NCBI GenBank assembly: GCA_017651425.1
Contig: JAGCCZ010000062.1
Coordinates: 24,564-88,563, forward strand
Length of the DNA stretch: 64,000 nt
Origin: Bacteroidales bacterium
GTDB lineage: Bacteria > Bacteroidota > Bacteroidia > Bacteroidales > WCHB1-69
Reading direction: 5' to 3'
In this document: positions 53,883-61,720 of the stretch, piece after piece
How positions within the stretch are numbered: position 1 is the stretch's first letter
Layout: every line of letters starts with the position of its first letter
Translations under genes and position numbers: made by a program
Notes under the pieces: model-generated
Databases searched by the model: none
What the model was told of the DNA's origin: nothing
The model's input: only the letters and a program-made list of their open reading frames with translations

Positions 53883-56800
53883 TTATCTGTTAACATATCC
53901 GTTTGCATACAATGATTCCAAAATCGCATCTTTGGTCAGGCGGACGGCGGCACCGGAACCCGCTCCACGCTCTATGCGGACACATACTGCCAATGGATGT
54001 TTGCCATTCTGTCCCTCTACAAAGAACATATACCAACCGTCATTGATTTTTTGGGGTACTGAACCGACATAGCGATAACGTTCAGCCGTCCCTGTTTTCC
54101 CCCCAACTAATACTGGTAGGGGCGCGTTATTGCGAGCTTTTTGATTGGCAGACTCCGCCTTCATATATCCTTTCAAAACAGCGGCACTTTTAGGTGTCAA
54201 CAATTGCACTTCACCCTCATTCCGCAGCTTTTTTGCAAATTCACCTTTAGGCAATACATATTGTGTACATGGCATTTTGCCTTTATTCACCACCGCAGAT
54301 GCAACTCGCGCCATGTTGAGCGGCGAAGCTTGCAGTTCATAGTTTCGGTAACCTTGCCCCCAAGCCCAACGCCACTCCCCTTCATTCATGTTCTTATGGG
54401 TTCCATTTTCCGTACGCTTGGCATATTTTTCAAGTGCTACCTTTTGGTTTTGAGTTATTTTGTCTCGAAAGTGTTTTTGTTGCTCCGCATTAGTCTTTTT
54501 AGTGAAATAATACGGCACTGAATTCCCGATAGCGATGCCGGTGGCTTCATAGACACTGTCCAAGGCCCAGTACAAATCGTTGTCATTTACGAGATTGATG
54601 AAATAGCAGTTGGAGGACTCGACTATAGCCCACCACATATCCACTTTATCAACCGCTTTTTTATGTCTTGGGTAGAACAGGCCCTGATATGGCTCTTTTG
54701 CACGGCCTTTCTCGACAATATCATCCTTTGTCACCAAATAGGTCTTATCGGCAGCGGCAGTTCCCAGTTTTTGAAACCCGGCCATTGCAGACATCACTTT
54801 CGCCGTGGAGCCAGGCATGGTCTGATGGAGCAAACCCAAATCGCGCTCGGTATAAGCGCACCACCCTCCGTCTTTGTAATTGTCTGAATATCCGTGCGAG
54901 GCCTCCTCGCGTAATCGTTGGTAATCCGGCAACGGATAGTTCGCCGATGTCAGCAAATCCCCGTTTTGGGCATCCAACACAACGACAGAAATGCGCAACA
55001 GGTTCTTATTTGACAATCTTTTTTTCTGCACATATTCTGCGATTCGTTGTTGCATATCGGTCTGCAATTGGGCATCCACCGTGAGATAAAGGTCGTATGC
55101 CCCTTCTTGAACTTCCCGGTTATGTTTTCTCAATCTCCTACCGTGAATGCCATTTCGAAGATACTTCACCAATTTATGTTTATCCTCCAATGTGAGCGTG
55201 ACAAAGTCTTGTTTGTAGTAGTTCAAATATCGAGAATTGGCTTTGATTTTGTCGCTATGCAGGGTGACTTTTGCCGTAGGCTTTCCCTTTATATCATAAC
55301 CTCGCAGATAGGACTTGTGTTGGGATTCCGCCAAATACCCAATTGGATGTTTTTCGTTATATTCAAAAACAGGACCTAAGTTTTGGTCACCGACCATAAA
55401 GAAGAGATGTTCGGCACAAGGATAATAACGTTTGTTATTTCCATCACTTGCGGCAAGAAGGACTCCCTTACGATCATAGATATTTCCCGTTTTCATCTCC
55501 CTGTCAAGCAATTCAATACGCGGATTATACTCTATTGTGGGCCACCCGTCTTTTGATAGCGTGTATGCAGGTCTTATGAGAGTCTTATTTCTCGCAAAGC
55601 AGCCCAAGCCATAGTACGCCCAAACGCCGAGCGTGACAACGGCTATGAATCCAAAGATGAAAATGACAATCCCGCTTGTGTAATTGTATTCACCCACACT
55701 ATGTTTGCGGATTCTCTCTTGGCTTTCAGTCAGATGTTCCTGTTTGATGTTTTGGGAGAACGAGAGCACTATCCCTATAGCAAAAAGATTGACTATCATG
55801 CTCACGCGCCCATAGCTTAAGAAGGGGACAGTGATACCTGTAAGCGGAATAATGCCACTGCTGCCAAGAGCTATGATGAAAAATTGCACGACAGTCGCAA
55901 TCGAAACACCCATACAGAAATAAAAAGCAAACAAGTGTTTTACAGCATAGCCAACCTTTACAGTTCTCCAAAGAAGTAACATCAGAGCAGCGATAACAAG
56001 AGCCAACCCAATCCAGCCCGTCTGTTCTGCTATGGAAGAAAGTATCATATCCGTTTGGAAAGCAGGTATGAGGTTTGGGTTACCATCGCCCAGTCCTTGC
56101 CCGGAAAGACCGCCTGTAGCCATAGCCCAAAGCCCGTTGGCTACTTGGGTGTTGCTCACAGGTTTTGCATCTTTTCCGTGTGGATAATTGGAATCTTTAG
56201 GGTTGAAATCCAAATCTCCCCATGTGTTGACACACATGCTGGTGCGTTGTTCGAAACGTTCCCCAAAATCAGTATTCACATTTTTTGCAATAGCACCTCC
56301 AAAGACAAAAACGAAAACAAGCACATTAAAAACCAAAGCAGACTCAACGACCTGTTTGAGGCGGTACCTGCCATATAGAATCCAACAGAAAAACCAAAGG
56401 CAAGCAAGCAACAGAGATAATTTCGCCCCGGACAACCAGTAACCAACAACTATAAAAAAAGCGAAGGATAACACACCATATATTAACATGGCAAAGTCAC
56501 ACGTCAAGATTTTCTTCTTCTTTTCATCCTCTGTCAGATTGTCGAGATTGACTTTTGATTTCACTAATGAATAGAGCAATATAAAAGTAACGCCGATGAC
56601 CAATGCAGGCCCCATATCTTCCAGTATAAAGTACAAAAACAGAAGCAATAGCAAACCGACAATGACCCAACTGAGTGTTTTTACTTTCGCTCCGAAACGT
56701 TTGACATTTGGTTGAGAGTAGGCGACTATAAAATCTGCCTTTTGTGTAAAAAACGCTGCTATAAAGAACAATGTCAGATATTTGACTATTTCGCTCGGCT

Positions 56801-58298
56801 GAAAAACCGGGAGACCCGGCAATGCAAGATTCACTTTAACCCCGCCTACTTCTTTACCGAAGAAAAACAACAAAACGGTTAAAAAGAGGGCACATAACAG
56901 CCAACCAACACCATCGGGAGCATGGTGATTACCCTTATGTTTCAACTTGAAAGAAGCAAATTCAGGAGTGATTGGTTTCAGCAACAATCTAAACGGAAGA
57001 AGGGAAACGTCCACTACAGTAGTGACAACCAATGCCACTACAGCAATCATCTTTTTATACCATACGACCCTGCGGCTCAAAGTCAATCTCGACCATTTTG
57101 TTTGCTCAACAAAAGGAGAAAAACACCATTTCATCAATTCCGTTGGCAGTTCAAAGCCCAAACGATATTGATTTTGATAGAATCTAACAAAGTCAATACA
57201 TTGCAGAATCCCTATCAGCACAATCCCTGCCAACACGCCTTTCGCCATCACAACGCCTTCCAAATCCTCCGTCAGCGGATTATGTATCGCAAACATCACG
57301 AGAACGCACAAGCCCGACAAGAACATAACCGCAGCCACTAATAGAGTATCGAATTTGTGTTTGCGCCAACGCAAAAAGAGAACTAACAGCCACCAAGCCA
57401 ACATAACCAATCCAAACCACGTAACCACTTGAAATTTAAACTCCTGCGGTGTGCGGACTGTAATGGTTCCATCGTTCTTAATCTGTCTGAGCGTGAGGTT
57501 GTCAATCATCGGTATGCGATGCTCCAACTGCTCAAACTCAAACGCTTTATTTTTCCCAAAATGCTTGCGCTTGTCAAAAACGCCTCGCACAACTCCTTTT
57601 GAAGAACCGTACTCACAGCCTGCTTTTAGGGGAAGCACACTGTAGCCATACGCTCTATTCAAACCTTTAAAGACGACCCTTCCTTTGCTGTCGGTTTTGG
57701 CATATCCAACAATGTCCGTGTGTTCCACTGAATCCACATAGTACTCTCGCAAGCACACCACCACGTCTTTGCAATCCGACTTCTTTTTTCCGAAAAGCAC
57801 ATTGAGAATCTTTCCCCGCCTCCTTTTTTCGTAAACACGCACCTCAATACTCCCATCTCCGTTCTCTCGTTTTAAATCCAATTTCGTGTCGAGCGAACCA
57901 TTTTCAGGGACAGAGTCTTTCAACCCCAAGCGTTCGTACGACAGATAGAGATTGTTTGTCAATACATTTTCTTTCGCAGCCACCGAAGCCGGAACCTTCC
58001 CGAAGTCCCGTTTTTGGAGGTGATACAGGTTCGGGTACTCCATCCCCCTTTTCAGTCTGGCCACGATGGTATCGGCAATAAAATCTGCGTCTTCTTGGTC
58101 GGCTACATACCCGTTTGTCATCAGAATTTGCGACAATTTTCCGGAGTCTGTTTCCGGTGAAAGGTTTATGGCACGGTCATGTTTATAATCCTCCTCAACT
58201 TCCTCAAATCGAGAACGGAGGTTGTTGAAAAGCATCAACATCATACCACACAACACAAGTGTGGAAATCAGCATTGCGTATTTTCGGATTGTATCCAT
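53883..58298 (-). CDS. fusion protein: N-terminal periplasmic domain + SEDS (FtsW/RodA) glycosyltransferase + class-B penicillin-binding transpeptidase
   Basis: 1471 aa with no interruption. SEDS landmarks: FQPSEIVKY (res 499-507), GGLSGQGLGDGNPNLIPAFQTDMILSSIAEQTGWIG (729-764) and PLTGITVPFLSYGRVS (818-833). A PBP membrane anchor at ~875-898 is followed by the transpeptidase triad STAK (1164-1167, codons checked at 54809..54798), SSN (1228-1230) and KTG (1401-1403). Confidence 0.9.
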   Translation of the reverse strand: MDTIRKYAMLISTLVLCGMMLMLFNNLRSRFEEVEEDYKHDRAINLSPETDSGKLSQILMTNGYVADQEDADFIADTIVARLKRGMEYPNLYHLQKRDFGKVPASVAAKENVLTNNLYLSYERLGLKDSVPENGSLDTKLDLKRENGDGSIEVRVYEKRRRGKILNVLFGKKKSDCKDVVVCLREYYVDSVEHTDIVGYAKTDSKGRVVFKGLNRAYGYSVLPLKAGCEYGSSKGVVRGVFDKRKHFGKNKAFEFEQLEHRIPMIDNLTLRQIKNDGTITVRTPQEFKFQVVTWFGLVMLAWWLLVLFLRWRKHKFDTLLVAAVMFLSGLCVLVMFAIHNPLTEDLEGVVMAKGVLAGIVLIGILQCIDFVRFYQNQYRLGFELPTELMKWCFSPFVEQTKWSRLTLSRRVVWYKKMIAVVALVVTTVVDVSLLPFRLLLKPITPEFASFKLKHKGNHHAPDGVGWLLCALFLTVLLFFFGKEVGGVKVNLALPGLPVFQPSEIVKYLTLFFIAAFFTQKADFIVAYSQPNVKRFGAKVKTLSWVIVGLLLLLFLYFILEDMGPALVIGVTFILLYSLVKSKVNLDNLTEDEKKKKILTCDFAMLIYGVLSFAFFIVVGYWLSGAKLSLLLACLWFFCWILYGRYRLKQVVESALVFNVLVFVFVFGGAIAKNVNTDFGERFEQRTSMCVNTWGDLDFNPKDSNYPHGKDAKPVSNTQVANGLWAMATGGLSGQGLGDGNPNLIPAFQTDMILSSIAEQTGWIGLALVIAALMLLLWRTVKVGYAVKHLFAFYFCMGVSIATVVQFFIIALGSSGIIPLTGITVPFLSYGRVSMIVNLFAIGIVLSFSQNIKQEHLTESQERIRKHSVGEYNYTSGIVIFIFGFIAVVTLGVWAYYGLGCFARNKTLIRPAYTLSKDGWPTIEYNPRIELLDREMKTGNIYDRKGVLLAASDGNNKRYYPCAEHLFFMVGDQNLGPVFEYNEKHPIGYLAESQHKSYLRGYDIKGKPTAKVTLHSDKIKANSRYLNYYKQDFVTLTLEDKHKLVKYLRNGIHGRRLRKHNREVQEGAYDLYLTVDAQLQTDMQQRIAEYVQKKRLSNKNLLRISVVVLDAQNGDLLTSANYPLPDYQRLREEASHGYSDNYKDGGWCAYTERDLGLLHQTMPGSTAKVMSAMAGFQKLGTAAADKTYLVTKDDIVEKGRAKEPYQGLFYPRHKKAVDKVDMWWAIVESSNCYFINLVNDNDLYWALDSVYEATGIAIGNSVPYYFTKKTNAEQQKHFRDKITQNQKVALEKYAKRTENGTHKNMNEGEWRWAWGQGYRNYELQASPLNMARVASAVVNKGKMPCTQYVLPKGEFAKKLRNEGEVQLLTPKSAAVLKGYMKAESANQKARNNAPLPVLVGGKTGTAERYRYVGSVPQKINDGWYMFFVEGQNGKHPLAVCVRIERGAGSGAAVRLTKDAILESLYANGYVNR

Positions 58299-58603
58299 TT
58301 TGAGTTGATATTGCCTGTGATATTTATTCAGATTTGTTCTTTAGCATCCTTTTTTGTTGTCGCATCTGCGTTAACAAACAACAACCTTACCGTATCGCAC
58401 ATAAAGAAAGTGGAGCTTCAGTTCGACAGTCTCCACTCGGTAGGGTCTGGACTCCCCGTTAGTAAGATACTGAAGAACAAGCCCCACCTGTTTGTATTTG
58501 GCAATAAATACTCACAAGCAAGCTTGATTTCCGATATCCGTACTAACATTCGCGAATGGTCCAGATTCACCGAGACGGATAAGCGAAAACTCGCTTTCTT
58601 TTT

Positions 58604-58641
58604 AATAAAAACCGCCGCCCGGCATCACGACCGAACAGCGG
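58604..58641 (-). terminator. probable rho-independent terminator of the dipeptidase gene
   Basis: On the minus strand: CCGCTGTTCGG-TCGTGATG-CCGGGCGGCGG (11 bp including 3 G.U pairs), followed by TTTTTATT. Confidence 0.6.
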
Positions 58642-58674
58642 GGCAAAGATAATAAAAAAACAATTATATAACGA

Positions 58675-59481
58675 TTACCGCACGTTCCAGTAAACAGGGT
58701 GGTTGAAGTAGGTGTTGGGGTAGGGCTCGTTTTTGAGGGTGAAATGCCACCATTCGCTTTCAATCGGTTTGAATCCGTGCTTGACCATGGTGTTGCGCAG
58801 GAGCATGCGGTTGGCGAGTTGCTGGCGCGTGAGCGTGGCGGTGTGCGAGGGATGGCTCTCGACACCGAACCAGTCGAAGGTGCCGCCCATATCGACCTCC
58901 TTCTCCGTGCGCATGTCGAACAGCGTCAAATCCACCGTGGAGCCGCGTGTGTGGCCCGACCGGCGGGCGATGTAGCCGTTGTCGAAAAGGTAGGGCTTGT
59001 CGTACATGGGGTAGAAATACTGCTTCGTCAGGGTGTCGCTCGGGTCTTTCGACCAGCGGACAAAGTGATCCACGGCCTGCTGCGGACGGTAGGCGTCGTA
59101 AATCTTGAGCCGATACCCTTGCTCCTTCAGCTCGTCGCTCACCTTCTTGAGGGCGTTGGCGGCCTCTACCGTAAGCAATGCGATGGGCTGGAGGTAGCCG
59201 TCAATGCGCGTGCCCGCAAAGTTGTAGGTGCTGTAATAGCGGATTTCGAGAATGGCATCCGGGATGACATCCGTGAGAAGCACGAACCCCTCGGGGTTCT
59301 GATAGTCGTCGGAAATTGCCCCCACTGCGGGCGCGGGCTCCTCAACGGGAGCTTGGACGGTCTCGGCCGTCGCCTTTTTTCCGGAGCATGAAGTCGAAAT
59401 TAACATGGATGCCAGCAGGATGGCGCATAAAATGCAGGATAGGGTAGGGTGTTTGGAAATTGATAAACTTTTGATTCTCAT
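58675..59481 (-). CDS. D-alanyl-D-alanine dipeptidase (M15, VanX/DdpX-type) lipoprotein
   Basis: Lipobox ISTSCSG. YDAYRP, SGHTRGSTVDLTL and EWWHF are present. Confidence 0.85.
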   Translation of the reverse strand: MRIKSLSISKHPTLSCILCAILLASMLISTSCSGKKATAETVQAPVEEPAPAVGAISDDYQNPEGFVLLTDVIPDAILEIRYYSTYNFAGTRIDGYLQPIALLTVEAANALKKVSDELKEQGYRLKIYDAYRPQQAVDHFVRWSKDPSDTLTKQYFYPMYDKPYLFDNGYIARRSGHTRGSTVDLTLFDMRTEKEVDMGGTFDWFGVESHPSHTATLTRQQLANRMLLRNTMVKHGFKPIESEWWHFTLKNEPYPNTYFNHPVYWNVR

Positions 59482-59520
59482 ATTTTTAAACTTTTTTTAT
59501 TATGCTTTTTGTTTGAAATG

Positions 59521-59528
59521 CAAAAGTA
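59521..59528 (-). promoter_or_regulatory. -7 promoter box TACTTTTG
   Basis: 39 nt upstream of the dipeptidase ATG. Confidence 0.5.
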
Positions 59529-59697
59529 TAAAAAACTGATATGATGTCGGATTTACATACAATCTTCACGGATCTTGTTGTCGTGGCTTTTGCACAGGTG
59601 ATTCTGCCAATCTGTCACGGGCTGTTTTTGGCACAAATTTTGCAATAAAAATGCGCGTTTTTACGCTTTTTCTTCTAAAAAATTAAAACACAACAAT

Positions 59698-61611
59698 ATG
59701 CAAACCGGTAAAATTAATGTTCAAACGGAAAACATTTTTCCTGTCATCAAGAAATTCCTCTATTCAGACAATGAAATTTTCCTTCGTGAGTTGATTTCCA
59801 ACGCGGTGGACGCCACCCAGAAGCTCAAGCGTCTGGTGAGTCTTGGCGAGGCCAACTGCGAGTTGGGCGACCTGACCATCGAGGTGAAGGTCAACAAGGA
59901 GGAGAAGACCATCCGCGTCATCGACCGCGGCATCGGCATGACGGCCGAGGAGGTGGACAAATACATCAACCAGATCGCCTTCTCCGGGGCTGAGGACTTC
60001 CTGGCCAAGTACAAGGGCACGGATGCCGCCAACATCATCGGCCACTTCGGACTGGGATTCTACTCTTCATTCATGGTCGCTGACCGCGTGGACATCCTGA
60101 CCCAATCCTACAAGGAGGGTGCCAAGGCCGTGAAGTGGAGCTGCGACGGCTCGCCCGACTTTACCTTGGAGGAGATCGAACCCCGCGAGCGCGGCAGCGA
60201 GATCGTGCTGCACGTGGCTGACGACACCGCCGAGTTCCTTGACGAGAACAGGATCGTGGGGCTGCTCAACAAATACTGCCGTTTCTTGCCCATCCCCATC
60301 CTTTGCGGCACCAAGACCGAGTGGCGCAAGCCCGAGCCCAAGCCCGAAGAGGCTGCCGATGAGAACAAGGATGAGAAGAAAGAGGAGCCCAAGGAAGAGG
60401 CTGTGCAGGTGCCCCGCATCATCAATGACACCGACCCGCTGTGGCAAAAATCACCCTCGTCGTTGACCGATGATGACTACAAGAAATTTTACCACGAACT
60501 CTACCCGATGAACTTCGAGGATCCGATGTTCCAGATCCACCTCAACGTGGACTATCCCTTCAACCTCACGGGCATCCTTTATTTCCCGAAGGTCAAGAAC
60601 CAGCTCGACCTCAAGAAGAACCGCGTGCAACTCTATTGCAACCAGGTCTTTATCACAGACGAATTAGAGGGAATCATCCCGGAGTTCATGACGCTGTTGC
60701 ATGGTGTCATCGACTCGCCCGACATCCCGCTGAACGTCTCCCGCTCCTACCTGCAATCCGATGCCAACGTCAAGAAAATCTCCACCTACATCAGCAAGAA
60801 GGTGGCCGAGAAGTTGGAGTCGATGTTCAAGGAAAACCGTGAGGATTTCGAGAAGAAATGGGACGAGCTGAAGGTTTTTCTGCAGTACGGCTCGCTGACG
60901 GACGAGAAGTTCTACGACAAAATCAAGGATTTCTACCTTTTGAAGAGCACGGAGAACAAATATTACACCGTTGAAGAGTACAAGAATTTGGTGAGTGCGT
61001 TGCAGACGGACAAGGATGACAATGTCATATTCTTGTACGCCGCCAACGTGGATGAGCAGAACCTCTACATCTCCGCCGCCAAGGAGAAGGGCTACGATGT
61101 GCTGCTGATGGACGGCTTCCTCGATGCGCATGCCATCCAGATGCTGGAACAGAAGAACGAAAAGGTGCGCTTCACCCGTGTGGATGCCGACGTGATTGAT
61201 AAGTTGATCCAGAAAAAGGACGATGTTATCCCCTCGAAACTCTCCGACGACCAGCAGAAGAACCTCAAGGAGCTTTTTGCTAAATGCGCCGATGGCAGCA
61301 GGTTCACGGTGATGGTGGAGAGCCTGAGCGAGACCGACCTGCCCGTGATGATCACGCAGAACGAGTTCATGCGCCGTTTCAAGGACATGGAGAAGGTGTC
61401 GGGACAGCAGGGATTTTATGGCAACTTTGATCACTACAACATTGTGGTCAACGGTAACCACCCGTTAGCCTCGCGTGTGCTGTCGGAGGAGGACGAGACC
61501 AAGCGCACCCAGTTGGTGCAGCAGATGATCGATCTGGCCTTGTTGTCGCAGAACATCCTCACCGGCGAGAAGCTCGGCGAGTTCGTGAAGAGAAGCTTCG
61601 AGATTCTGTAA
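59698..61611 (+). CDS. htpG: molecular chaperone HtpG (Hsp90)
   Basis: FLRELISNAVDA, IGHFGLGFYSSFMVA and LNVSRSYLQ. 637 aa. Confidence 0.95.
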   Translation: MQTGKINVQTENIFPVIKKFLYSDNEIFLRELISNAVDATQKLKRLVSLGEANCELGDLTIEVKVNKEEKTIRVIDRGIGMTAEEVDKYINQIAFSGAEDFLAKYKGTDAANIIGHFGLGFYSSFMVADRVDILTQSYKEGAKAVKWSCDGSPDFTLEEIEPRERGSEIVLHVADDTAEFLDENRIVGLLNKYCRFLPIPILCGTKTEWRKPEPKPEEAADENKDEKKEEPKEEAVQVPRIINDTDPLWQKSPSSLTDDDYKKFYHELYPMNFEDPMFQIHLNVDYPFNLTGILYFPKVKNQLDLKKNRVQLYCNQVFITDELEGIIPEFMTLLHGVIDSPDIPLNVSRSYLQSDANVKKISTYISKKVAEKLESMFKENREDFEKKWDELKVFLQYGSLTDEKFYDKIKDFYLLKSTENKYYTVEEYKNLVSALQTDKDDNVIFLYAANVDEQNLYISAAKEKGYDVLLMDGFLDAHAIQMLEQKNEKVRFTRVDADVIDKLIQKKDDVIPSKLSDDQQKNLKELFAKCADGSRFTVMVESLSETDLPVMITQNEFMRRFKDMEKVSGQQGFYGNFDHYNIVVNGNHPLASRVLSEEDETKRTQLVQQMIDLALLSQNILTGEKLGEFVKRSFEIL

Positions 61612-61691
61612 CGTGCCTGGACATTGCGATCTTCCGTGCAGATTCTGCATTCCTTTCGGTTTTGCAAGAAATCAGGAGATGAGAAAATGTT

Positions 61692-61699
61692 TATTTTTG
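61692..61699 (+). promoter_or_regulatory. -7 promoter box TATTTTTG
   Basis: 21 nt upstream of ATG 61721. Confidence 0.55.
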
Positions 61700-61720
61700 C
61701 GGCGTTAAAAAGACCCTGCA

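Noticed and set aside
58644-58651. A perfect TATCTTTG box considered as the promoter of the SEDS-PBP/kinase operon.
   Set aside because: It lies between the dipeptidase stop codon and that gene's terminator-like hairpin. A transcript started there would form the terminator at once. I kept it only as an open question in the findings, not as a feature.
58179-58652. A 157-aa plus-strand ORF, and a 43-codon minus-strand ORF starting at the ATG near 58540, both in the leader region.
   Set aside because: The plus ORF overlaps the start of the SEDS-PBP gene in antisense and runs through the hairpins. The short minus ORF has no supporting features. Both are most likely non-coding.
59560-59697. A search for an htpG promoter or heat-shock element (candidate cacaaattttgcaat).
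   Set aside because: The sequence AAATTTTG lacks the leading TA of the consensus. I found no convincing box and made no call.
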